The notes under the pieces: model-generated
Seen by the model: only the letters and a program-made list of their open reading frames with translations
Told to the model about the DNA's origin: nothing
Database searches by the model: none
Program-made: the position numbers and the translations under genes
In this document: in pieces, positions 16,114 through 24,320 of the stretch
Numbering within the stretch: the first letter of the stretch is position 1
How the letters are laid out: each line of letters starts with the position of its first letter
DNA from: a virus
Taxonomy: Duplodnaviria > Heunggongvirae > Uroviricota > Caudoviricetes > Herelleviridae
DNA length: 34,998 bases
Reading direction: 5' to 3' (one strand)
Virus record (IMG/VR): IMGVR_UViG_2706795655_000001

Positions 16114-16491
16114 ATGAGTATTTACTGGATTGGAGAAGAGATAAGTACATCGGGTATGTACCCGCAAGCACTTGAAGACCAGAATGAGTTATTTGTAAGA
16201 GTAGCGGAACCAGCCACGCCGAACCTATATAAGTTTATTTCTAGGTTCGGTCAGGTGGTATACATATCAGATTATTACACAATAGGAAGTATTAGAGAGT
16301 TAGTCAGAGAGAAAGACTACAAAGGTTTATATACATTCTTGTATGAACTACTAATAGGTCAAATTGGAATGATAGAGTTCTTACATAGTATTCACCTACA
16401 CACAGCGCAAGAACGAAGTAGTAGTTATTCAGAAGGTAGACAAAGAGCGCAGAAAGATATAAGAGAAGCTTTAGGACTAGAGGAGGATTGA
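16114..16491 (+). CDS. Hypothetical protein
   Basis: AGGAGG RBS. Confidence 0.7.
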   Translation: MSIYWIGEEISTSGMYPQALEDQNELFVRVAEPATPNLYKFISRFGQVVYISDYYTIGSIRELVREKDYKGLYTFLYELLIGQIGMIEFLHSIHLHTAQERSSSYSEGRQRAQKDIREALGLEED

Positions 16492-16492
16492 T

Positions 16493-16699
16493 ATGTTCAA
16501 GAATATTATTATCGAACTTCACGATGGAACTAAGTTAATTAATAACCCGTACACAGGACTTAACCAGATGACTATTGAAGGATTAAGTCGTTGCTTGGAA
16601 CACACAAAAAGGTATTATGTTTACAAAGATGAACACAACTACGATTTTATACTAGATAGAGAGATAGCAGATATCTACTATGAGGAGGACAAGCTATGA
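16493..16699 (+). CDS. Hypothetical protein, tandem paralog of next gene
   Basis: GAGGAGG RBS; KNIIIEL..G....N.P..G.N. Confidence 0.75.
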   Translation: MFKNIIIELHDGTKLINNPYTGLNQMTIEGLSRCLEHTKRYYVYKDEHNYDFILDREIADIYYEEDKL

Positions 16700-17091
16700 G
16701 CAAGAATATTATTATCGAACTAATCAACGGGGATAGATACGTAAATGACCCGGAACTAGGGATGAACTTAGATTCACCGGAGGAAATCGCTGAGAACTTA
16801 TATGAAGAAGGTAAGTATGAGTTATATAGAGAAGGTTATGGTTACTACTATATCAGTAATCGTGACTTCGCAAGAGCTTACTACGAAGAGACACAACCTA
16901 TCACAATAGTAGATGGAGGTCACAAATATGTTAAGCTGCAACATGTCTTTGAACTTATGAAACATGCAGAGAACATGTGGAGTCTACCATACTATGAATT
17001 TGATGCTCTAGGTAAAACTAAGCAGAAGATTGATAACACAATGGCATGGTTAGAGCGCAACGCTAAAACGAAGGAGGAGCTAAAGTCATGA
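16696..17091 (+). CDS. Hypothetical protein, tandem paralog with C-terminal extension
   Basis: ATGA overlap, GAGGAGG RBS. Confidence 0.75.
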   Translation: MSKNIIIELINGDRYVNDPELGMNLDSPEEIAENLYEEGKYELYREGYGYYYISNRDFARAYYEETQPITIVDGGHKYVKLQHVFELMKHAENMWSLPYYEFDALGKTKQKIDNTMAWLERNAKTKEELKS

Positions 17092-17360
17092 GCCTCTTAG
17101 TAGCTACCTGCGATTATAACGAAGAACGAGAGATGTATGACAATCTCTGTTATGGAGAGGAGTTGAAGCGATACGATATAGGGGGAATCTTCCAACTAGT
17201 ATTGAAGAAAGAAGATAATAGGTATCAAGGTTATTATGTAGTACATAGAACAAAAGAAACATTTACATATGATGGCGGTAATTTAAGTAAGAAGAAGATA
17301 ATGACTATTTTTTGGAATAAAGCTAAGAGTCTAGGTGCAACAGATTTAAAGTTTAGTTGA
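17088..17360 (+). CDS. Hypothetical protein
   Basis: ATGA overlap, AAGGAGG RBS. Confidence 0.7.
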   Translation: MSLLVATCDYNEEREMYDNLCYGEELKRYDIGGIFQLVLKKEDNRYQGYYVVHRTKETFTYDGGNLSKKKIMTIFWNKAKSLGATDLKFS

Positions 17361-17389
17361 TTGACAGTTCATTGAAAATTTAATATAAT
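17361..17389 (+). promoter_or_regulatory. Consensus sigma-A promoter for RNA ligase
   Basis: Perfect TTGACA-17-TATAAT. Confidence 0.9.
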
Positions 17390-17408
17390 AAGAGGAGAGA
17401 AAATACAT

Positions 17409-18341
17409 ATGACAAACTCATTTGAACAAAAACATTACACAAAGGTAATTCGTTACGGTAAATCAGGTACACAAGGATTACTTAACCCGGGAGACGAAAT
17501 CGTAATCTACGAGAAAGTTGATGGTAGTAACGCTTCATTTGCACAGGATACCGGAGTGGACAAGGTTAGACGATTCTCTCGTAAACTAGAACTTACAGAA
17601 GATTGGGGATTAAACGGGTTCGTAGAGTGGACAATTGACAACATCGATGGACAAGCCCTATTACCGGATGTACTATACTTCGGAGAGTGGACAGCGCCAC
17701 ATAAAGTTAGATACGCAGAAGAATTTACACGTACATACTTCCTATTCGACCTATACGATACAAAAGACAAGAAGTACTTACCATATGAATCTGTAGAGCT
17801 AGAAGCATTGCGATTAGGGTTAAAGTTAGCTCCTGTACTGTACAGAGGGAAGTTTATCGACTTCGAACACTTAATGAGCTTTGTAGGTAAAACGGCTCTA
17901 GGAGGTCATGTAGGCGACAAAGAAGGTGGAGAAGGTATCGTAGTTAAGAAAGTAAATGATAAAGACCAAGTATTCTTGAAACTAGTAGACGAGGCATTCT
18001 TGGAAGTACATAACTCTAAAGGTTCTAAACAGAAAGCACCAAAAGACCCGAACAAAGCATCAGCAGAGCGTGAATTCGTAAACGCTACAGTAACAGAGGC
18101 TCGTGTCGATAAAATCTTGTACAAGCTATCTGATGAAGGGGTATTACCTGCTGTACTGGTTATCCAAGACATGGGAGATATCTTAAAGGCTGCTGGTAAC
18201 GTAGTGTATCAAGATATCATGGAAGAAGAGGCGGACGAGCTATTACCTGCTGACCATGAGAAGAGAGAGGTTCGACGAGCTGTAGGTGGAGTATTACCAC
18301 AGATTGTAAAACAAGTATTAAAGACTCGCGGAACACTATGA
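17409..18341 (+). CDS. ATP-dependent RNA ligase, Rnl2-like nucleotidyltransferase
   Basis: Motif I EKVDGSN, III YFGEW, IIIa FLFDL, IV EGIVVK, V FLK; helical C-terminal domain. Confidence 0.88.
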   Translation: MTNSFEQKHYTKVIRYGKSGTQGLLNPGDEIVIYEKVDGSNASFAQDTGVDKVRRFSRKLELTEDWGLNGFVEWTIDNIDGQALLPDVLYFGEWTAPHKVRYAEEFTRTYFLFDLYDTKDKKYLPYESVELEALRLGLKLAPVLYRGKFIDFEHLMSFVGKTALGGHVGDKEGGEGIVVKKVNDKDQVFLKLVDEAFLEVHNSKGSKQKAPKDPNKASAEREFVNATVTEARVDKILYKLSDEGVLPAVLVIQDMGDILKAAGNVVYQDIMEEEADELLPADHEKREVRRAVGGVLPQIVKQVLKTRGTL

Positions 18342-18439
18342 GTAAATACATAGACTTATATAATGAAGTCACCTATGAATATACATATAATAGTACATAT
18401 AATTATAAATACGATTACGACATAATTTCACTAGATTAG
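18338..18439 (+). CDS. 33-aa Tyr-rich micro-ORF (not in ORF track)
   Basis: ATGA overlap with ligase stop; 9 Tyr; ends at terminator; weak RBS. Confidence 0.35.
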   Translation: MSKYIDLYNEVTYEYTYNSTYNYKYDYDIISLD

Positions 18440-18462
18440 AGGGAATTTTCCCTCTTTTCTTT
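18438..18462 (+). terminator. Intrinsic terminator
   Basis: AGAGGGA-ATTT-TCCCTCT then TTTCTTT. Confidence 0.8.
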
Positions 18463-18472
18463 AAAATAATTG

Positions 18473-18501
18473 TTGACTTAAAGTAAATGATGGTGTAATA
18501 T
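18473..18501 (+). promoter_or_regulatory. Sigma-A early promoter (cassette family)
   Basis: TTGACT-17-TAATAT. Confidence 0.8.
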
Positions 18502-18523
18502 AGAATTATAAGGAGGAGATAAT

Positions 18524-18721
18524 ATGAAAGAGAAAATAACTTATAAAGAAGCATGTGAGTACATATCCAAGTACTTAAAAGAAGCGCAAGGTATTGATAT
18601 GACAGGTGAACAAGTATTCAACGCATCGCCTACAGGAGAGTTGTTCCATGTATCTTATTTATACGAACAAGCGAAAGCATACTACAAAGTAAAGGAGGAA
18701 TTAGAATGTTTAAAAAAATAG
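18524..18721 (+). CDS. Hypothetical protein
   Basis: AAGGAGG RBS. Confidence 0.7.
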   Translation: MKEKITYKEACEYISKYLKEAQGIDMTGEQVFNASPTGELFHVSYLYEQAKAYYKVKEELECLKK

Positions 18722-19023
18722 CATTAGTAGTTCCTTTGCTATTCTTAGGCGCTTGCGGGACGGAAGATAAACTAGTAACAGTAGAGAATGCAGAGATAGT
18801 AGAAATCGATGGTCTTGGGTGTACACAAAGGTTTTGTAACTATTATATAACAGTTAAGAAAGGTGAAACATCAGTAAAATTACGTTCATCAGAGCTTGTA
18901 GCAAAAGCATCTACAAAAGGTTCTAAAATTAAGTTTACATATAACCCTGAGACATTAGAAATAGAAACTATGATGTTTACAGACTTTGACCCTAAGGAGG
19001 AAAATAAAGATGGTGCGAAGTAG
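18706..19023 (+). CDS. Putative lipoprotein
   Basis: MFKK + hydrophobic core + LGAC lipobox-like; AAGGAGG RBS. Confidence 0.7.
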   Translation: MFKKIALVVPLLFLGACGTEDKLVTVENAEIVEIDGLGCTQRFCNYYITVKKGETSVKLRSSELVAKASTKGSKIKFTYNPETLEIETMMFTDFDPKEENKDGAK

Positions 19024-19237
19024 AGGGAAAGTGAGCATGCAGATGCTATATTTTACTACATACATGAGTACAATTAACAGACTTGAACGAGAGCTTAGAG
19101 AAAAAGGTAGAGTGACAATTCACTGTAAAGAAGAGATGCACTTCAAAATTGTAGAAACTCTACAAGATAAAGACACATATACTTTACGAGTAGGAGATAG
19201 TTTTTCTATCTTCATGAAAGGGTGGGACAAGGAATGA
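19010..19237 (+). CDS. Hypothetical protein
   Basis: AAGGAGG RBS before ATG 19010. Confidence 0.6.
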   Translation: MVRSRGKVSMQMLYFTTYMSTINRLERELREKGRVTIHCKEEMHFKIVETLQDKDTYTLRVGDSFSIFMKGWDKE

Positions 19238-19656
19238 AGTATAAAGTAGGATTTGAATTTGAGATTAAGGTTTTAGTAGCATACGCGGAGTTCGGTTTTG
19301 ATTTACACACAGGAACAACAGCATCAATTGTAGACACCTCTTACAGCTCTAAGAAACCATACATCATTGAAGATGAGTACAACAACTTTATTATGCCTGT
19401 ATCAGAGGAAGAATTAGAAAGCTTAGTAGCACACCCCATTTTTCCTACCAGAAAGGACAAGCTTGCCCAATGGACGATTATACTTACGAAATCTAATTAT
19501 GGTGGAGAAGACCACGATGTAATCAAGTGTATGAGCAGAGAAGAAGTCAAGAAAGCTATCGATGATAGAAAGGATTACTACGATGCAGATGATATCTTGG
19601 TATTCCCACCATTATCTAATATGATTGCAGATGAACTATATAAGGAGGAAGAATAA
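19234..19656 (+). CDS. Acidic hypothetical protein
   Basis: ATGA overlap; AAGGGTGG RBS. Confidence 0.65.
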   Translation: MKYKVGFEFEIKVLVAYAEFGFDLHTGTTASIVDTSYSSKKPYIIEDEYNNFIMPVSEEELESLVAHPIFPTRKDKLAQWTIILTKSNYGGEDHDVIKCMSREEVKKAIDDRKDYYDADDILVFPPLSNMIADELYKEEE

Positions 19657-19892
19657 TGAGAGCTAGAAAGTTTATATACCATGTCGCTTATACTGTGTAC
19701 ACACCAAGCGGTAGAGTAGGAGAAGGTGACTGTCAGTACAGCATCCCTAAGAAGAGACTAACAGAACCATCTATCAAGAAGTTGAATGACTTCATTAAGA
19801 AACAATGGAAAGAAGGGACAGGTATTACAGCTACTACAGTGGTTATAAACTCTTATCAACTAATTAGAGAAACGAGAGGGTATGCACGATGA
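19656..19892 (+). CDS. Basic hypothetical protein
   Basis: TAATG overlap; AAGGAGG RBS. Confidence 0.7.
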   Translation: MRARKFIYHVAYTVYTPSGRVGEGDCQYSIPKKRLTEPSIKKLNDFIKKQWKEGTGITATTVVINSYQLIRETRGYAR

Positions 19893-20059
19893 CAAAAGTT
19901 GAATTGAATGGTGAGACACACTTTGTCACAGATATATGGGAGTTTATAGAGCTGCTACCACCAGAGACACAAGAAGCTGTGTCAGACTTAGTACATGAGG
20001 CTCTGGATGATTATGAAGTAGTTGTAATGAACAGTTTTCAAGGATTACATAACTTATAG
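19889..20059 (+). CDS. 56-aa hypothetical protein (not in ORF track)
   Basis: ATGA overlap; GAGGG RBS; MTKVELNGETHFVTDIW. Confidence 0.6.
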   Translation: MTKVELNGETHFVTDIWEFIELLPPETQEAVSDLVHEALDDYEVVVMNSFQGLHNL

Positions 20060-20071
20060 GAGGAATGGAAA

Positions 20072-20728
20072 ATGATTAGAATTTTAGCGATGAGAATAGA
20101 AAAATATGTGGGACAAACTGTTAGTGGTCATAACTGTGATTTTGAATACACAGATGAAGTAAAGACTAGACACGTATTACTAGGTTTAGATGAAAAGAAC
20201 AACAAAGTAGCTATTACTCTGTGGGATGAGGAAGGTGAGTGTGGCTCTGGTTGGACTACTGCTTCATGGGGGCATGTTAGCATAGAGTACATAGATAGAT
20301 TCGAAGGTTACACACATAAAGCGAAAGGTGTTATTGAAATCAATGATATTCACCCAGACAAATATGGAGATTACGACGACATCCATAACGACGTGTTTGA
20401 AGTTACATATGACGGAGGAGACAGCTACTACCCAAGCGGTTATTACGACGTAAAAGAAGAGTTGTTCATCGAGACTGATAGATACTGTGATGAACGTACT
20501 GTATGGGTGTTTAAAGGGGAGTCAGCAGTAGGTAAGAGCTACCTTGCAAGTAAACTAGAAGGGTTAACAGTGTATGAAACTGATTCTACTCCGTATCTTC
20601 CTGATGAAATTGTACAGGATGTGGTTGTAGTAGGTAATAAGTATGATTTCAATATAGACGAGGTTCGTGGTAGTTTACTAGGAACTCCGCGAGTAGTTAT
20701 TGTAGACTTTATAGATGGGAGCTATTAA
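20072..20728 (+). CDS. Acidic protein with C-terminal P-loop
   Basis: AGGAGG RBS; VWVFKGESAVGKS (beta strand + Walker A). Confidence 0.7.
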   Translation: MIRILAMRIEKYVGQTVSGHNCDFEYTDEVKTRHVLLGLDEKNNKVAITLWDEEGECGSGWTTASWGHVSIEYIDRFEGYTHKAKGVIEINDIHPDKYGDYDDIHNDVFEVTYDGGDSYYPSGYYDVKEELFIETDRYCDERTVWVFKGESAVGKSYLASKLEGLTVYETDSTPYLPDEIVQDVVVVGNKYDFNIDEVRGSLLGTPRVVIVDFIDGSY

Positions 20729-20729
20729 A

Positions 20730-20954
20730 ATGGGTAAATTTCCGGGTTGGGATAAAGAAACAGTATTAGAAACAGTAGTAGTGGACGACAAAAACAAATA
20801 TGAAATGGTAGAGGCGGAGCTTGGAAAGAATAAGTTCCTGCTCTACTCACCTTACTTCATGAGTAAAGAGGGCTGGAAGAAAGGTGCAAGTAAGTCACTA
20901 CGATACGATGTACTAGAAATCTTTGCAAAAGCATATGAAAATCATGTTAAGTAA
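20730..20954 (+). CDS. Hypothetical protein
   Basis: GGGAG RBS before ATG 20730. Confidence 0.65.
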   Translation: MGKFPGWDKETVLETVVVDDKNKYEMVEAELGKNKFLLYSPYFMSKEGWKKGASKSLRYDVLEIFAKAYENHVK

Positions 20955-21039
20955 CGACCTACATAACATAGGCTACGGTATTATAGTTATCATACTGGTT
21001 TCGTTGGTTGTTCATATTTTTGGAGAGAAACGTAAGTAG
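20944..21039 (+). CDS. 31-aa single-TM peptide (not in ORF track)
   Basis: MLSNDLHNIGYGIIVIILVSLVVHIFGEKRK; overlaps upstream stop; weak RBS. Confidence 0.4.
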   Translation: MLSNDLHNIGYGIIVIILVSLVVHIFGEKRK

Positions 21040-21064
21040 CACACTATACTAAGGAGGAATTAAC

Positions 21065-21385
21065 ATGTTCATAGTATTTGCGTATCAGGACTATTACCCA
21101 GCAGGAGGGCTAAATGATATAGCCCTTATCACTGAGGACTTTAACAAAGTAACGGACTACATAAAACGCCACTATCACCCTTATTTGAGACATGTATACG
21201 GTGGATGGAATAACATACCAGATGAAGCTTATGAAAATACTGATGAGGTAGGGTTTTCCGACAACATACACATATTAGACACTAAGGATAATAACGTATC
21301 AGAAGTTAGCGTTAACGAAAGTAATGGAGAAATTGTATTAACTTCAAAAGGAATAGTAAGAGAAAGACCTACATATAACTTTTAA
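21065..21385 (+). CDS. YYPxGG-motif protein, paralog of 14007..14273
   Basis: AAGGAGG RBS; YYPAGGLND. Confidence 0.75.
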   Translation: MFIVFAYQDYYPAGGLNDIALITEDFNKVTDYIKRHYHPYLRHVYGGWNNIPDEAYENTDEVGFSDNIHILDTKDNNVSEVSVNESNGEIVLTSKGIVRERPTYNF

Positions 21386-21435
21386 ACGTAAGTAGCAGGT
21401 TGGAAAAAACTTTAAAAAATTGGGGGCAATATATA

Positions 21436-21729
21436 ATGAGTAGCGATACAGGAGTTTGTAGTTTTTGCGGAGATACTTTTTCTAGATGCGGTGACCATGA
21501 ATCGTGTGATTGTGGTAAAGGTTGGTGTAGTGAGGGTTGTGCGGAGGCGGACGGGCTTCAAGAAGAAGAGAACGGATACATTCCTCCGGGGGAAACATGG
21601 GAGCAGGATTCTAGCTGTGACTATTGTAGAAAAGAAGATTATGAAGATAGTGAACTATTAGAATATGCATTAGAACGTCTAGGCATATCTCGATATAAGT
21701 TAGTAGCACTCTATAACGAGTCGAAATAG
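21436..21729 (+). CDS. Cys-rich acidic metal-binding protein
   Basis: GGGGG RBS before ATG 21436; CSFC..C...SCDC..WC..GC...CDYC. Confidence 0.7.
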   Translation: MSSDTGVCSFCGDTFSRCGDHESCDCGKGWCSEGCAEADGLQEEENGYIPPGETWEQDSSCDYCRKEDYEDSELLEYALERLGISRYKLVALYNESK

Positions 21730-21754
21730 TAGTAGCAGGTTAGAAAACACTAGT

Positions 21755-21785
21755 AGCCCCCTAGAAATATAGGGGGCTTTTTTTT
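21755..21785 (+). terminator. Intrinsic terminator at the 3' end of the antisense HNH gene
   Basis: AGCCCCCTA-GAAATA-TAGGGGGCT then T run. Confidence 0.85.
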
Positions 21786-22272
21786 ACTTAGTAGCTGACC
21801 ACGAAACGTTATGTTTAATTCTAGAAATCGTACTATTGCCAACTCCGTATGTACTAGCTATTTCTTTTTGTACAACTCCTTTTTTTAATAGTTCTTTTAT
21901 TTCTTTTACCTGTTCTTCACTTAGTTTAGCTTTTATGTTACCACTACCGCTTTTTATAGCAGCTCGTCCCCTTGATTCTGCGTCTTTTAAGTTCTCTTGT
22001 TGTGTACCTACCTCTAAATGAGAGGGGTTAATACAACTAGGATTATCACATTTGTGTCTTATTACCATGTCTTGAGGTATGTCCCCGTTATGTATAGTGT
22101 ATACGTATCTATGAATGTAAGTAGCTCCCTGCATTCCTGTCCTAGTTATAAAACAATAACCAAAACTATCTTTAGAATGTGAAGTACAGTTCCAACAACT
22201 ATTATTGTCTATCTCGTATTCTATCCTTTTAGCGTTCCCGTGTAATTCTATATTTTCATTGATATATGGCAT
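21784..22272 (-). mobile_element. Free-standing HNH homing endonuclease with C-terminal HTH
   Basis: CWNC..GY..IHRYVY..IRHKCDNPSCINPSHLEVGT..EN; AAGGGGG RBS on minus strand. Confidence 0.9.
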
Positions 22273-22293
22273 TAATAAAGCCCCCTTTTCTCT

Positions 22294-22302
22294 ATTATAT
22301 CA
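22294..22302 (-). promoter_or_regulatory. Extended -10 sigma-A promoter for HNH gene
   Basis: Minus strand TG-A-TATAAT, same AATGTGwTATAATA context as at 7369. Confidence 0.6.
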
Positions 22303-22425
22303 CATTTAATAAATTCGCCTATAATAGAAGAAAGGCGAAAAACGAAAAATATATAAAATAGTTGTTGTCTTTTAGTAAAATACATGGTACGATGGTATCA
22401 ACTTAAAGAGAGGCGGTGTTTTGCA

Positions 22426-22635
22426 ATGGCAAACACTCATAAATATGTAGGGGATACGATAACAACGGAAATGAAGTCACAAAAAATATCTTATAGGAAA
22501 GTAGAGGCTAAAACAGATAAGGTGTATTCATACAAAATTAATAGCATTTCAAAAGGCGGAGAATGCACACTAACTACACTATTCAAAATATTAGATGCTT
22601 TGGACTTGGAAATAACAATAAATAAAAAGAAATAA
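22426..22635 (+). CDS. XRE/Cro-like helix-turn-helix protein
   Basis: G..I..EMKSQKISY...INSISKGG..TLTTLFKILDALDLEI pattern; ATG 22426. Confidence 0.7.
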   Translation: MANTHKYVGDTITTEMKSQKISYRKVEAKTDKVYSYKINSISKGGECTLTTLFKILDALDLEITINKKK

Positions 22636-22703
22636 AAATAGTTGTTGCTTTAAAGTAAATGACATGATACGATGGTAACAACTTAATAAGGGAGCTGGTA
22701 AAC

Positions 22704-22922
22704 ATGGGTTTAAAATTAATGGACGCAAACATGATTATACCTATTACAGAAGGAGGAGTTACAAAGCACTACATAACCGATGCGCCTCACTTCTTAGTAA
22801 CAGAAATGTTTTTAAAGGTTGATAGCGTGATGGAGCTTATAGAGTGGTTAAATGACGGGGTTAACTACTCCTATCAATTCCGTGAATATACTTTTTCATT
22901 AAAATTAAATTTCGATGAATAA
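22704..22922 (+). CDS. Early hypothetical protein
   Basis: Cassette promoter + GGGAG RBS. Confidence 0.75.
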   Translation: MGLKLMDANMIIPITEGGVTKHYITDAPHFLVTEMFLKVDSVMELIEWLNDGVNYSYQFREYTFSLKLNFDE

Positions 22923-22987
22923 AGTTATTGACTTTTAGTAAATATAGTATTAATATGAAAGTGACTTAAAAAGAGGAGCTGTTATAT

Positions 22988-23200
22988 ATGTGGAAAAAGA
23001 AAGAAGTTCAAGAAATGAATGATAGTGAGTTAATAAGCGCTTTTCACTGGAATGTAGTTCGCGTAACAAAAGAGACAAATTCCACGCGCGGGGTTACACA
23101 AAAGAGCCTTAAGGAAGAAAAATATATTTTAGATGAAATGATTAAACGTTTTAATCTTGACGTTGTTGTTTTAAAAGAAAAGCATATTATTAACGGATAA
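22988..23200 (+). CDS. Early hypothetical protein
   Basis: Cassette promoter + GAGGAG RBS. Confidence 0.75.
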   Translation: MWKKKEVQEMNDSELISAFHWNVVRVTKETNSTRGVTQKSLKEEKYILDEMIKRFNLDVVVLKEKHIING

Positions 23201-23214
23201 GGGAGCGGGTTATT

Positions 23215-23511
23215 ATGACTAAACAATTTAAATCAATAGGCGGGTTAAAAAACAGCGTAAAGGCTACGTTAAAGCGTGAGGGCTTTGAACTAAGTAATGA
23301 GGGTAACAAGTGGCGTTATGGTAGTGGTATTCTGGTATCATCTGATAGAGTTGATACAATTACAATAGAGGATATAGGCTTGACAGGTAGTAGGAAAGGT
23401 AAACACCGTCCGGAGGTTCTAGAGGCTTTAGAAGAGTACGGGGCGTTTGTATTTAATGAAAATTGTTATGGCTCTATTGTTGAGGTAATCAGAATAAAAT
23501 TTAATAAATAG
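23215..23511 (+). CDS. Early hypothetical protein
   Basis: AAGGGAG RBS. Confidence 0.7.
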   Translation: MTKQFKSIGGLKNSVKATLKREGFELSNEGNKWRYGSGILVSSDRVDTITIEDIGLTGSRKGKHRPEVLEALEEYGAFVFNENCYGSIVEVIRIKFNK

Positions 23512-23574
23512 TTGTTGACTTTTAGAAAACACGCATGTTACAATAAGGGTAACTTAATAAGGGAGCTGGTACAT

Positions 23575-23745
23575 ATGAAAGCGATAGATAAATCACTTGC
23601 TTGTATTAACCTAAATACAGTAGAAAGACGGTTAAAAGACTTAATTAGTATTGTTGAAAACGGCGGTACTATTAGCACAGATTTAACGTTACAATACATG
23701 TTAGAAGATGTTTTAAAAGTAAAAAGAGTATTAGAGGAGGACTAA
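23575..23745 (+). CDS. Early hypothetical protein
   Basis: Cassette RBS before ATG 23575. Confidence 0.7.
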   Translation: MKAIDKSLACINLNTVERRLKDLISIVENGGTISTDLTLQYMLEDVLKVKRVLEED

Positions 23746-23750
23746 AATAT

Positions 23751-23843
23751 ATGTCATTCAGAGGCTCATTAAAAGTATTGGTTATTGTTGGTTTCTTGTT
23801 TGCAGTCGGAAAGGGTATATCATACGCAATCGTACACTTTTAA
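23751..23843 (+). CDS. 30-aa single-TM peptide (not in ORF track)
   Basis: GAGGAGG RBS; MSFRGSLKVLVIVGFLFAVGKGISYAIVHF. Confidence 0.55.
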   Translation: MSFRGSLKVLVIVGFLFAVGKGISYAIVHF

Positions 23844-23912
23844 AAATAGTTGTTGACTTTTAGTAAATGATAGTTTAAAATGAAATTAACTTAAATAAAG
23901 GGAGCTGTTACA

Positions 23913-24068
23913 ATGGAAAGATACGATGTATATATGACAGAGGTTAAATTTTTCCCAGTTAGAACTAAAATGAGAATTAAGTTTAAAATAGTTGAATCTC
24001 CTTTTAAAAATGGAAACTCTTTATGGTTCGACATGATGAAAAGATTACCGATATTAGTTAAAAAATAG
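23913..24068 (+). CDS. 51-aa early protein (not in ORF track)
   Basis: Cassette promoter + RBS; stop inside next cassette. Confidence 0.7.
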   Translation: MERYDVYMTEVKFFPVRTKMRIKFKIVESPFKNGNSLWFDMMKRLPILVKK

Positions 24069-24131
24069 TTGTTGACTTTTAGAAAACAAGATGATAAAAT
24101 GAAAGTAACTTAAATAAAGGGAGATGTTACA

Positions 24132-24320
24132 ATGTATTATAAAATTAATGTAAGTTTAGATAACTGGCACTTTTTCGCAACTAGTGACCACAGTATAACA
24201 AGCAAAGTACAACTAAACAAGGTTTTACCTATTTTCAAAGAGAAGTTTCCGAAAAGTGAGGGCTATTCTATTAGTGTTATGCTACTTAAAACAGTTGGAG
24301 AAGAAATTGAGATAGATTAA
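24132..24320 (+). CDS. Early hypothetical protein
   Basis: Cassette promoter + RBS. Confidence 0.75.
   Translation: MYYKINVSLDNWHFFATSDHSITSKVQLNKVLPIFKEKFPKSEGYSISVMLLKTVGEEIEID

Noticed and set aside
22314-22339. Inverted repeat TTCGCCT/AGGCGAA as a terminator
   Set aside because: 12-nt loop and no T tail on the + strand; role unclear.
14175-24033. Spo0A boxes (TTCGACA at 14175 and 24027)
   Set aside because: Both are inside ORFs, and several are expected by chance.
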